A stretch of DNA of 62,196 nucleotides, filler included, from Globobulimina sp. (Eukaryota): assembly GCA_003354225.1 (NCBI GenBank). It is 30 parts of 30 records of this genome, joined end to end, with 100 filler letters (N's around TTAATTAATTAA, not from the genome) between each part and the next. Parts side by side here need not be neighbours in the genome. Positions count along the whole stretch, not along the records: positions 35,316 to 37,291 come from PIVH01010067.1; positions 37,392 to 39,367 come from PIVH01010068.1; positions 39,468 to 41,443 come from PIVH01010069.1; positions 41,544 to 43,519 come from PIVH01010070.1; positions 43,620 to 45,595 come from PIVH01010071.1; positions 45,696 to 47,671 come from PIVH01010072.1; positions 47,772 to 49,746 come from PIVH01010073.1; 23 more parts are not named here. One strand, written 5' to 3'. The notes beneath the pieces were generated by a model that was given only the letters and a program-made list of their open reading frames with translations, ran no database searches and had not been told where the DNA came from. Position numbers and translations under genes: made by a program. Shown in pieces: positions 37,092 to 49,202 of the stretch. Numbering within the stretch: position 1 is the stretch's first letter; each line of letters opens with the position of its first letter.

Positions 37092-37391
37092 GATGTGCAT
37101 AACCAATAAAAAAAAGGTTGCAAAGCTAAAAAACTGTGAAGTAGAGCTTTTTTTTTCTACAATCAACTTTCAGAACGGTTTGCAATACAAATAAAAAAGT
37201 CATTTAAATGTGCGGCTGTAAATTTACGTCTTTCTAAATTTATACGAATATGTGATTGATTTGTATTTGTGCGTTTATTATGTTTATAATANNNNNNNNN
37301 NNNNNNNNNNNNNNNNNNNNNNNNNNNNNNNNNNNTTAATTAATTAANNNNNNNNNNNNNNNNNNNNNNNNNNNNNNNNNNNNNNNNNNNN

Positions 37392-37513
37392 TCCTGGTCG
37401 CACAGTTCACAACCACGCGGTAACCATCTTCCACCAGATAAACAATAAGGTCGTCCAGCACCATGCCTTGTTCATTTAGCATAGCGCTATAGAGCGCTTT
37501 GCCCAGTTTCTTT
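37392..37513 (-). CDS. gcvT: Bacterial glycine cleavage T protein fragment (chimeric insert)
   Basis: An alternative minus-strand frame reads [40 protein letters not shown], matching the proteobacterial GcvT pattern GKALYxxMLNxxGGVIDDLIVY...RxVVNxATR. Confidence 0.85.
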
Positions 37514-39367
37514 GGGTTCGCGATTGTATAGTATATGAATAGGTGCCAATTTAATTGCTTCTGCTGGGGTATGGTTGTAGGCCCAAACAGCGTACATTAA
37601 TTGTGTGTCCCAGTCGAGATGATTGGTTGATACTATTTTAGCAACAACATCTGCTAAGGTTTGTATCATTTTCTCGGCCAAACCATTGCATTTTGGATGA
37701 AGGGCAGTAGTCATTCGGTGTTCAACATTAAAGGTTTTGAGTAGATCTTGTACTGGTTGTCCACGAAATTCAGTGCCACGGTCTGTTAAAATGCGGTCTG
37801 GGGTGCCAAATGGTTGAAAGATGTGATCTTTTATTGCATCAGCTACTGTCTGGGACTTTTTGTTGGGGATGGGGACAGCTTGCATATATTTAGAGAAATG
37901 GTCGACGGCAACTAGAATATATTTGTTGCCTTTTTCGGTTAGTTGTAGTTCAACTAAGTCCATTGACAATAGAGACCAAGATTTCTCAGGAGCTGGGATT
38001 GATTGTAAAGGAGGTGTGGCTCTGGGATGGTTTCCTTGTCTTGCAGCGCAAATTAAACAGCCATGAATATGCGATTTTAGTTGACCTCGCATATTATTCC
38101 ACCAATAACGACGTTTAAGTTTTCGGTAAACTTTACTAAGACCAAAATGTCCTGACAATTCTGAACCATGGGCTTCATGCATAATTTGTCGGCGTAAATG
38201 TACCGGGACAACAATACGCATTGGTTGTAATTCGTAGTCTTTCTGGCAGAATTCAGAGTCCTCAGATCGATCATAATACAGTACACCATTATATAGTAGA
38301 TATTGTTTACTACATTGAATAATTCGATTGATGGCGGGTACTGTATCTGGCAGTTCGTTACTTCCCAAATAATCGATCATTTGTCTTAGTTCTGGATCTT
38401 TTCGCTGTTCCTTGGTGGCCATGCGAAAATCAAAAACACCATATTCGTGGAGTTGTTCTGATTGTGGTTCGTGAATTGATTTATCGTCAAGAGAATTTTT
38501 AGATTTGGCGCTCAGGAGGTCAGTCATAACGTCCGAGGCTTGTTCACTTTCGTCAGATAAAGAATCGTCATCAGAATCGGTGGAGGGTCTGATTTGTGGT
38601 TGTTTTTGACTGGATAATTTTCGACGAATTTTTCTTTCTACATAAGCCTGTTTCTGAGCTTTAGCCAAAATCCCTTCTTTAGTTTGACGCTTTCTAATAC
38701 AATTTCGAACGATTTGATAGCATTTGTCTGTCCATTTAACCAATTTTTGGGCTCTTTGTTCCAATAAATGTCGTTTTGATGGTTTGCGAATTTTAACAAA
38801 TTTTCCTGTTCGACTTGCTACCAAGGCTTTTTCACAAATATCATCAACTTGTTTAATCAAATCAGAGTATGGGACAGCGCTGTCGAGCGGTGTCAACGAC
38901 ACACCCAAAGCACCGGGGGTTGGTTCGTCTCTGAATGGTTGATCAATGCGAGATAATGTGTCAGCTGGCTGATTTTGTTTTCCAGGACGGTAGACAATTT
39001 TTGGATTGATTTCCTGAATAAGGTTTGCCCAGCGCCATAATTTTCCTTTTAATTCTTTGGCTGTTTGTAATGAAACTAGAGCTTGATGATCGGTTATGAC
39101 GACACATGGGTGTTGAAATAAGTAAACTCGAAAAGCTTCAAGGGCAAATACCAAAGCAGCGCATTCCAATTCAGTGGGCGAATAATTCTTTTCGTATGCT
39201 CTGGTTGATCGACTAGCATATGCTACTGGATGGCGGTGTCCTTTACTGTTGATTTGAACAAGTACAGCGCCGAAGGCATCAGCAGAGGCATCACATTCAA
39301 CAATGAAACCATTTTCAAAGTCAGGGTATGACAATACTGGTGTTGATGTTAGTCTGCGCACTAGTTC
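37514..39367 (-). mobile_element. Ty3/gypsy LTR retrotransposon pol (RNase H - zinc-binding domain - integrase core), partial
   Basis: LTSTPVLSYPDF, ECDAS, PVAYASR, YSPTELE, TDHQAL, YRPGKQNQPADTLSR; HHCC zinc domain (AHGSELSGH...CLIC); integrase D,D-E (SMDLV, TDRGTEF, NGLAE). Confidence 0.95.
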
Positions 39368-39843
39368 NNNNNNNNNNNNNNNNNNNNNNNNNNNNNNNNN
39401 NNNNNNNNNNNTTAATTAATTAANNNNNNNNNNNNNNNNNNNNNNNNNNNNNNNNNNNNNNNNNNNNAAAAGCTAACAAAAAAGGTAAAGAAAAAAAAAA
39501 CAATTTAAAAAGAATTAACGAAGCAAAACTTTAGTAATTTGTAAAAAAAAAAAAAACAACCCTCCACATCCATACATTTTTGGCCATAAGTTGTACATTT
39601 TTTTTAATTATACTAGAACTGTTTGCAATTGCAAATCCAGAAACGGTTTGCTATAGATTTGTGTTGAGTTTGTTTTGTGTTTGTTATAACTTGGTCTGGG
39701 TTTGCAAATCCAGAACAAAGTCAGAACAAATTTATAATTGAACCAAATGTATACAAAGGGGGTGTATCCAAACAGGAGGGACATATCGTATAGAAATTAA
39801 TTGACCATATAAGTCATCATATATTAAGTCATCATATTAGTTC

Positions 39844-40677
39844 CTAAACAGAATTTGTGAACCAGTATTCATAAATACATTGTTGAAACAAAAAATTAAC
39901 ATTTTTGCCATTTTTATTGGATATTTCAATATATGGAATATTATTTAGTTTTAAATATTGATGAATTTGATCCATATCAACAAAATAAGATGCTTCTATG
40001 CGTAAATCACATTTATTACCAACCATTATAATAACATACTCCTTTAAATTATTACGACTTTTAACATCATCAATTTCTCTTTTAATTCGTTTAGCTTTTT
40101 CAAATGTTTCCTGCTTAATCATATCAACAACAATAATAAATATATCACTTTGTTTGTAGTTGGAATGCTTAGTATTAAAACCTTCACAATCTGGCATTCT
40201 ATCACAAATATCCATTTTTATGTTATATTTATTGTCAACTGATATGAAAATATCTTCCATCATTATTGATGGATCATAATCATAGTACATAAGAAATTCA
40301 TTTGTAACTAAACGATGCAAACTTGTTTTTCCGACAGCAGCTGCGCCCTCTATCATAACTTTAAGAACATATTCACCATTTTCTAGCATCTGTAACCAAT
40401 TGTAATATTCACTTAAAATATTATTATGAATATAACTTGTATAATTTGCATGACTCCATGCTGATAACATGTAATTTTCGTTGTAAATGTATGCTGTGAT
40501 TATATTCATTAATTCCATAACGAGATTTGACCCAATCAATAATTTCCATGATTTCTCCAGTGACTGTCGATGAGCAGTACTAAATATGTAATATTCATCT
40601 GTTGTTTCAGTGTATGATAATGCTAAATGATTAAGATCCACTTTGTTTTCCTGTTTCTTTGACTTTTTGTTACCCAT
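39844..40677 (-). CDS. Divergent Ras-superfamily GTPase with N-terminal extension and myristoylation-like start
   Basis: G1 GAAAVGKT, G4 NKCD, G5 EISNK; G3 is degenerate (DRMPD); starts MGNKKSKK; no CAAX. Confidence 0.8.
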   Translation of the reverse strand: MGNKKSKKQENKVDLNHLALSYTETTDEYYIFSTAHRQSLEKSWKLLIGSNLVMELMNIITAYIYNENYMLSAWSHANYTSYIHNNILSEYYNWLQMLENGEYVLKVMIEGAAAVGKTSLHRLVTNEFLMYYDYDPSIMMEDIFISVDNKYNIKMDICDRMPDCEGFNTKHSNYKQSDIFIIVVDMIKQETFEKAKRIKREIDDVKSRNNLKEYVIIMVGNKCDLRIEASYFVDMDQIHQYLKLNNIPYIEISNKNGKNVNFLFQQCIYEYWFTNSV

Positions 40678-40734
40678 TTCGTAGTAGTACTTTTTGAACT
40701 TTTTCCTCACTTAAAAGTAAAAACTTAGTCGAAG

Positions 40735-41443
40735 ATGTCGCTCTTGCTAAGTCTCACGACACCCAGCCCCACGATTAGCCCAACAGATCACGCCGACGAC
40801 CAAGTACAGTATCATACTGCAGAACAAATATTTAAAGATGTGCTTTTCATGATGCTATTCCTTGCCGCGTTGTGGATAGTTGGTAAAATCTCAGTGCGCC
40901 TAGGTATAAATATACAATATATAACAATATCACCCATTGCAACATTCATGCATCACACAGCTATGCCAGCGCTCGTTGGAGAGATCATAACCGGCATCAT
41001 TATGGGACCTAATTTATTAGACATTGTGCCCACATGGGCCGGATTGGTGGTGCTTGGCGACATTGGATTATTATTATTAGTGTTGGAAGCCGGCATTGAT
41101 GTCAATATGGGCGTATTAAAAGTAGTCGGTAGCAAAGGCTTAGCCGTAGCTATATTTGGCTCCATGTTCCCGTTGGGGATTGGTACAGGTTTAGCATATC
41201 TCATCCATCCCTCCATCAACCCGCGCACAGCGGTGGCCATCGGCGCCTGTTTTGCCCCCACTTCCATGGGCATCGCCTTGAACGTGTTGCGAAACGGAGG
41301 CGGCTTGAACACGCCCACTGGGCAATTGATCATTGCTGCGGCAGTCTTGGACGATGTGATTGCGTTGATGTTATTGTCCGTATTGCAAGAATTATCTGTA
41401 GAAAACCCCTCCATTTTCGATATCGTTTTTGTGATTGCTATAT
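40735..41443 (+). CDS. Cation/H+ antiporter (CPA2, NapA/KefB-like), 3'-partial
   Basis: PALVGEIITGIIMGP, GLLLLVLEAGID, APTSMGI, GQLIIAAAVLDDV. Probable in-frame 57-nt intron at 40904-40960. Confidence 0.85.
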
Positions 41444-41543
41444 NNNNNNNNNNNNNNNNNNNNNNNNNNNNNNNNNNNNNNNNNNNNTTAATTAATTAAN
41501 NNNNNNNNNNNNNNNNNNNNNNNNNNNNNNNNNNNNNNNNNNN

Positions 41544-42922
41544 ACTGCCACCAATTTGCTATCCGATGTGAAATATATATACTGTTCATTTGCTGTCTGT
41601 TGGTTTGGAACAACCGGATAATTGCCATCCAATCCAGTGCACACAGAGTTAGTCGATGCCGTTCCAGACTTACTGACAATAAAATGTTCGAAAGATGAAG
41701 ACACTCCGCATGCATTACCATGAGAACCATCGACAGCATACATAATATTCGATTCACTGTCCATCCAATAAAAATGGCGAAATTGCTTTGCAATAATTTT
41801 ATTGCACTCAAATGTTACATTGGTTGCAGTCACCTCGACATTATAATAAATCACATTTATATCTGTGAATAAGACAAATTCTGAATGATTATTGTTCGTA
41901 TTTAGTACAAATGATCGAAGATAAACAGAGCTATCGTTATCTCGAAATGCAACCATTGTTAGAAACCGCCCATTCGTTATATTGAACACACAAACAGCGG
42001 GAACACTGTCTGCATCGCTGCAACCTCGAAATAATAAACTATGCTTTTTATAAATACTCACCAGATAGCGGTCAGAATTCCGATACGGGAATGAAAATGG
42101 ACTGCTTATGGCCCACATAACATTTCCTGTTTTCATATCTAAAGCTTGTAAATCGTTGTTGCTGTCAAATATTATGGAAATGTTGCAGTTACTCTCGTGT
42201 TCAAAGATAATGGGAGGCCCAGAGAAGGCATAGCTGGATTTTGTATCTGTTGCAGTCCATAACATGTCGCCCTCATTCAAATCAAAAACATATCGAGTTA
42301 TATGTGTAGCGGGATAATCAATTTCATGTTGGAAGAATAGATAATTTCTATAAACGACAGGTTGATAAAACTTGCCATACCATCCTGGCTCATAAGGTCT
42401 GTCGTATTTGAATTTCCATGCTGTCATTGCTGTGTTTACTTTATTTGTCTCAATTTCCAACACCAATAATAAATAAACAAATTTGTGGGAAGTGTCGTCC
42501 GTTCTGTCCACATATGTAAAATGATGCACATAGTAATTGTGATTGTTATATTCCTGATAAATTGGAAAAGGACCATCTGTGCTGTAAATTAAATATTCCA
42601 CATCACAAAGAATAGGATGTTGTGATTCGAGCATCAAATCTTTGCTGAATCTGTATAATGTCACAGTGGATATATCGTATCCGATGATTAATAAATCATT
42701 ATTTGAAGTCATAATGGGATATGACAAATAATCATCATTTCTGGTTGGCAGTGTTTCTGTGCTCAATGCAAAAGAAGTTTGCGAAAAATCATATCCTAAT
42801 TGCTGGCTTTCTGGCAGCATCCCATAATTGAATGAATGGCCGCCATACTTCCAAAATGTGTACAACGCATCAATGCCAAATGAATAATTCATTATTATAA
42901 TAATAATACTTAACGTTTTCAT
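41544..42922 (-). CDS. Secreted beta-propeller (PQQ-like repeat) protein, 3'-partial
   Basis: Signal peptide; FDLNEGDMLW, ALDMKTGNVMW, VFNITNGRFL. Confidence 0.6.
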
Positions 42923-42974
42923 GATATTGGATTCTTACTAGTATTAAACTAACAAAAAACAACAAAAATACACC

Positions 42975-43519
42975 ATGGCTTACACAGCGGTTAATACATA
43001 CGCAGATGATGGCATTTATGCTGAGACCAAGAGAAGCTGCGACAGTATGACTCCGATACAGCGATATTCATCAGATGATATAATTCCAGCCGCACAAGAG
43101 TTGCGATTCACCGTTTCTGCGCAACAGAAACCATCGCAACCAAAAAACGCTCATCATACTGTTGCGCATTTATTAAAAATCAACGAATTAGAAAGCGAAT
43201 TCTCGACATCATTGCAAGATGGGCTGAATCATCAACAAATTGAATTGAAACGAGAAATGTTTGGATGGAATGTCGTATCACCACTACGCAACACACATTG
43301 CTTAGTTGAGTGTTTGACAGATCCTGCTTTTTGGTGTTTGATTGTTTCGTTGATTTTATGCATTGTTATTACTGTCATGATGCCCAACATATACTGTATT
43401 GTAGTCACTGTAATTACTTTTATAGAAATACTGTTGCTGATAATATTAACATTGTGCAACAGAACAATTACAAATCGGTTTGAAGAATTTGCTCCTGGCG
43501 AACGGGTACAATTATATGA
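42975..43519 (+). CDS. P-type cation ATPase-like N-terminus (type II)
   Basis: HHTVAHLL...FSTSLQDGLNHQQIELKREMFGWNVVSP followed by TM1-TM2. Confidence 0.65.
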
Positions 43520-43786
43520 NNNNNNNNNNNNNNNNNNNNNNNNNNNNNNNNNNNNNNNNNNNNTTAATTAATTAANNNNNNNNNNNNNNNNNNNNNNNNN
43601 NNNNNNNNNNNNNNNNNNNATTTTTGGAATTTTGTTGCATGAGCTTTTTTAGATCGTTTTTTTGCTTTTCACATCAGTATCGATGCTTGATTGTTGTTAT
43701 TGTTGTTATTATGTTTGGGTGGTTTTTGTTTTGTTTATGTGAGACGCTAAAAACTACTCAGTGCACAGGCTTCCTCAAACTGAACC

Positions 43787-45595
43787 ATGGTACTTTCTTT
43801 TTGTCTTTTTTTCTTTTCCAAACATACAATGAACACATATCTCATTTGAGAAATACCAACCTTCAGCTAATGAGAAAGCTAATCGTGTGCAAAGTAATCA
43901 ATTACCAGTCCAGCCACCACGAATCAATAGAGTTAAAAAACAAAAATCCTGACACGTCACCATTCCTTATTCAAATTATTTCATTTCTTACTCAAACACA
44001 GTCGCAATCAGCCAACGATGCAGCAGCCGGTGTGTATGGCAGCGCTGCCTATGCAGGGAGTGGCAGCCCCGGTAACGGTGAACAAGACGCCAGATATTAT
44101 TACAGTTCTTCCGGTGCTCAGACCTACCCAGATGCCTACGGCTATGATGCGCATGGCGCTTACGGCTATCACCAATATGCTGCCGAACAGGCACCCAATG
44201 ATGAAGCCGCTGCCTATCATCAATACCACGCACAGCAAGCCGCCATGCAACATGCACAGCAGCAACGATCTCAGCATACCTTAGCCCCCATTTATGACAA
44301 TGCCGCCTATAATCCTGGTTATTATAACACCAACGCACAAGCACAAGCACAGGCTCCTCCGCCAGGACAACAGCAACGAAAACCGCCAGATCCGTATGAT
44401 CGCACTTTATATTCGCCGTACACCATTCCCTCGCACAACAAAAAGAAACCAGACATTGACAAGAATAAAAGCAAGAATAAAGAAAAAAAAGCCGGCGATG
44501 ATACGCTCCCAACCGGTCCCACCAAATTAAAACACGCCGCCACTGTCGGCGACTATTACCACCAACAATTAGTGCAAAGCACCGATCTCCGCTTCGAATT
44601 GGAAGAGGTGCAAAACAAAAAGAACTTAAAACGCGTCGAATTGGAAAACAAACGCAAGAAATTACTCGACGCCAATGCCTTATCCAAGAGCGCCACCAAA
44701 GAATTGGAAGAAACGAAGAAAAAATGGAATTTAGAACGCGAGGAAATCATCAAATCGTACGGTGGTAAAATCCCGTCCTTCATCATTGAATCGGATAAAT
44801 TACGGCGCGATTTGGAAAATATGAGCAACCGAAACAGTGCGTTGCAGGCCTCGTTAGAAGTGATTTCGAGTCATTTACAGAGTGAGTTATATCAATTGCA
44901 GTATCAATTGAAAGTGGAGAAGGAAATCAGTGGACAGACCCACGAACACAACATCGAGCTACAACGAAGAGTCCGGGAACTCCGTATCGAAAAATTGGAG
45001 TTGGAGACCGAATTAAAAACAGAAAAGGACAAAGAAGACGACATCAACCTCCCCATCAATAATATCACCACAATCGCCGAGGACACCAACAACAACAAAT
45101 TCCGCGAGTATCCGCCCGAAAGTACGGTGATTCAAAACTTGTTGCAAGCTCAGGTCGAGTTTTATTTTAGTGATTATAACCTCAAACGCGATAAGCGTTT
45201 GTTATGCGATGTGGTGAAACCGCCGAAGAAAGGCTTTTTGAAATTGGAAGAGGTGATGAAATTGTCGCGAATACGGCAGTTGTGTTCGGAGATTGAAACG
45301 TTGGAAGAAGCGCTGCGTCGCAGTACCATCTTAACCCTGATTCGCCAGGAAAAGGAAGACAACGCCGAGGCGGTGGAGGAGAACAAAAGCAATCAAGAGA
45401 GCGAGGAGAAGCAGGCCAAGGAAGAGAAGAAGGAAAAGGAGACTATGTCGGATAAGTATGAGATCTATGTCGGTCGCGTCAATTTTGAGAAGCCGCGCGA
45501 GAAAGAGTTCCCGTTTCGGCGCACCGTGTTCATATTCGGTATCCCGGTGGATAGCTCTGCGGAATTCCTGCATGCGATGTTGAAGCCGTTTGGCA
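43787..45595 (+). CDS. La-related protein (coiled coil + La motif + RRM); ATG-only first coding exon
   Basis: La motif LLQAQVEFYFSDYNLKRDKRL; RRM start RRTVFIFGIP. The ATG at 43787-43789 is directly followed by GT; intron 43790-44001 gives the in-frame start MSQSAND. Confidence 0.8.
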
Positions 45596-46230
45596 NNNNN
45601 NNNNNNNNNNNNNNNNNNNNNNNNNNNNNNNNNNNNNNNTTAATTAATTAANNNNNNNNNNNNNNNNNNNNNNNNNNNNNNNNNNNNNNNNNNNNTTTTT
45701 TTTTTTTGTTTATTTTTTTTTCTTTTCTTTTTTTTTATCCTTTTTTTTTTTTTTTTTGCTGTTTATCACTATTTACTGTTATCACTATTAATATTCTGTG
45801 GGTCTTTTGCTTTATTATTAATTGTCGAGCTTCGAAACCTCTTAATAATATTTTGATTTGTTTGTTCAAATTTTATTTTAATTGTTGTATCGTTAAATGA
45901 TTGAAAGTCATTCATTAAAAACTGTTGTGCTCCCAAGGAAATGAAAGAAATTAAAAATGTATCAAGGAATGAACAAAATTGATATAATATTGATGTGTTT
46001 GCTTTGTTTTTTTGTGTTTGTTTGTGATTTGGTATATGAAATTATGTCTTATTATGAATTAGTTGATACTAAATTAAGCCCTCACATTTTTGTGTCAATA
46101 TTCGATTATGTTCATACAACGCATTGGACCACAAGCAATGTCGTGTAATGATGTTGAAATTGAAAGTAACGAGCCGCGGTTTTTTACTTTTTGGAAGTTG
46201 GAAGGTATTAATCATGATTATAATTATGCA

Positions 46231-46660
46231 CTAAATAAATAAATCATTTTCAATATATTCAACCAAATTGTGTCTATATGTTTGCGCAGTTCGCGTATAA
46301 CCAACAATCAAAAATTTTGTTTCGGAATCATGATCACCCACTTTATCTAAATCAAAATCTAATTTTTCTTGCAATCCATCACAAAAAACTTCTAATTTAC
46401 CTTGTTGTTGTTGAAATAAATCAATATTAAATTTCTTGACATCTAAATAATATGCAATTGGGTACGTCCATGCTAAAACATGCCAACATTGCATTGCCTC
46501 TTCTTATGTGCAATGTACAAACTTGTGCAAATGTTGCACTTCTTATTTTGTATATTAAAAGTCACTCAACAGAATAAACATCACAACATTCACCATCATC
46601 AGTGCCCCATCCATCTATTCCATTATCGTCACTTTCAAAGTCATCAAAATCATTTTCCAT
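46231..46660 (-). pseudogene. Ariadne (ARIH) RBR E3 ligase remnant: acidic start + C-terminal Ariadne domain only
   Basis: CWHVLAWTYPIAYYL...LFQQQQGKLEVFCDGLQ matches the Ariadne domain. An acidic start MENDFDDFESDD lies only about 170 nt upstream. Confidence 0.55.
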
Positions 46661-46888
46661 AATTAAATTATTTAGGGTGAAGTACGGTTTTGCTTAGATT
46701 GAAAACAGTTATTTACAGCGAGCCAGTCTGTAAAATTCTTAAAGCTGAATGAGATTTCGTTTTTTTATCATTAATTTAAAATCGGAGATCCGGAGTCGAT
46801 CTTCCAAGAATTTTTTTAAAGTGTTCTAGTCATCGATCATTAAAAAGTAACAGTAAATTTGTATTCGGAGTTTATAATATGTATAGAT

Positions 46889-47413
46889 CTATAGAGAAGT
46901 CAGAAAGTCCGCTGTAGAACGTAACATAATGACACAATGCTGTAATGACCACACCACAATTTCCAGCAATTTCCATTTAGTCCATAAAAATGGTGACTTA
47001 GCTAAAATACTGATGGAATATATCAAGCTCTCATTGTTGCGATTATCATTCTTGCGTTTTAATATTGATTTCTTTGGTGATTTAAACATAGAATTTAAAC
47101 GTGATGATGTGTTTGTTATGAATCTAAAATTGGGCGTTTGTGCCATAGGATGAAATCTTTCATCAAGATCAAATTTAATTGCTGCTGCTTGATTTGGTGT
47201 TGGGCGGATAATTGCTGGTATTTTAGCTGCTGGCGGTGATGATTGAGGTGTCATGAAACGCCAACTAGCTATTGATGATGATGGTGATGCAGATTCTATA
47301 GATCCGATTTGCGGACTTGATGTTAACTCCAAATCCACAGATAACGTTGTTTTATTTCGCCCTGCTATAACCCATTGTGCATGGAGACAGATCATAAGAA
47401 TGAACAGAGACAT
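46889..47413 (-). CDS. Hypothetical protein with signal-peptide-like start
   Basis: 174-aa frame with hydrophobic N-terminus. Confidence 0.35.
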   Translation of the reverse strand: MSLFILMICLHAQWVIAGRNKTTLSVDLELTSSPQIGSIESASPSSSIASWRFMTPQSSPPAAKIPAIIRPTPNQAAAIKFDLDERFHPMAQTPNFRFITNTSSRLNSMFKSPKKSILKRKNDNRNNESLIYSISILAKSPFLWTKWKLLEIVVWSLQHCVIMLRSTADFLTSL

Positions 47414-47771
47414 GCTTTAAAACAAATGCAAAAAAATATGTTTTGCAAAAACAAAAAACATTTCATATATATAGCAAAACTCTGAAACAACAATCTGCGT
47501 ACATCATGTCAAATGACTCCGAATATAACACTGTGTTAAATCAATCAATGTCACAATAGGGTTTTTGCTTTTAGTTCATTTCTTCAATGAACGCTTTGAT
47601 AATTGAAGAAAAAAAAACTTTTGTCATTTAGAAACATAACATTTTGCTTTCGTCATGGCACTCAGCGAATTNNNNNNNNNNNNNNNNNNNNNNNNNNNNN
47701 NNNNNNNNNNNNNNNTTAATTAATTAANNNNNNNNNNNNNNNNNNNNNNNNNNNNNNNNNNNNNNNNNNNN

Positions 47772-49111
47772 TAAATTAGTGTTTTCTAAGAAAGTTTTGA
47801 ATGTATCAATCAGATTATATATCTTCTCAGGATGTCGACATTCCGTTATTGGAATTGGTTGATGTGTTGGCCCGACATAGACACCAACAATGCACCACAT
47901 CAACAAAAAGGCCATTCACTGCAAATGCTATGCTGCAGCAATCAAATCGCAATGAAAAATCAAATACATTCAAAATATCAACTATATCGTCACATTGTAA
48001 ACAAAGTGGCAAACATTTTTACAATGACAAATTCATTAAGTCTCAAACAGCACGAAAACAATACAACAAAAAACAGATTGCAAACATACAAAAACACAAA
48101 CTTTTACAAAAACAGTTAAGACCGCAAACTTCGAGAACAGCTAATTTTAACTACAGCAAATCCAAAGAGTTTTACTATTCACAAAGTTTAGGAAGGTACA
48201 AAAAGTTACCATCCAAAACAAAACACGATAATTCTATCGAAATGATGAAATATTTAAATAAAAAGAATGCATATTTTGATGAACAAAGTAAAAAATTGAT
48301 AATTAGCAAGCGATGGTTTCGCCGAACCGACGCAAAGTGGAGAATGAAAAAACGAATTAGAGAGAAATTAAAATTGGATATAAAGAGTGGAAGAATTAAA
48401 GCAGATCATGTTTTGGATGAATTTGATCAAGAAATGTCGAATTGGCTAAGCACCGAATTAGAAAATCAATTCAATATTCAACCAATTAATCACATTAAAG
48501 ATTATAAAACATTGCAAAGCCTAAATCTATGGCAAAATATATACACTTTGTCCAATAGACAATTATCACTTTTTCTTAATCCATTGCGATCTGTAGAAAT
48601 TATAAAATGCGTCGCAAAAAACGTCAGCAAACAACTTGTTTACCAAAATAGTGAACGTAAACGAAGAACAGCATTACATAACGACATTAAAACCTCATTT
48701 CATACACAAATGCGTCACAATCGAGATAAACAGTCGTATATTAAGAATACTTTTAATTCTGTCAATATAGAATTTGTTAATAATTCAGTTCATTGCAAAT
48801 CAAAAAATAATACAAATGTTGAAAAAATACAAACACGTTCGCCCACTCAAATTTGTGTCGGTCAGAGGATCGAAAATTTATCAAAGCCAAAATGTAGAAA
48901 TAATAGATTGGATCAGTTTGGATTCGATAATTCCGAACTACATAACATTGTTATTCCTAAAACGATTGATGGACTGAGTCAATATTATAACTATGAAGCT
49001 TCTCGTTTGCCCAAAACAAGACATAAAAACGACAACGTTAACGTAGGCAAATGGGTTCAAGCAGACATTTTTGACTTTGAACAAAACCTCAAACAATTTC
49101 AAAAATCTTAA
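47772..49111 (+). CDS. Basic hypothetical protein, 5'-partial
   Basis: More than 430 codons open; K/R/N-rich. Confidence 0.6.
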
Positions 49112-49202
49112 TAGCAGAAAACCGTTAACCGAATATTTTAAATATATGTTTTATAGATTACCATAATAATTAAACCGTAAATAGGAAGAAAACATAAAAT
49201 AT

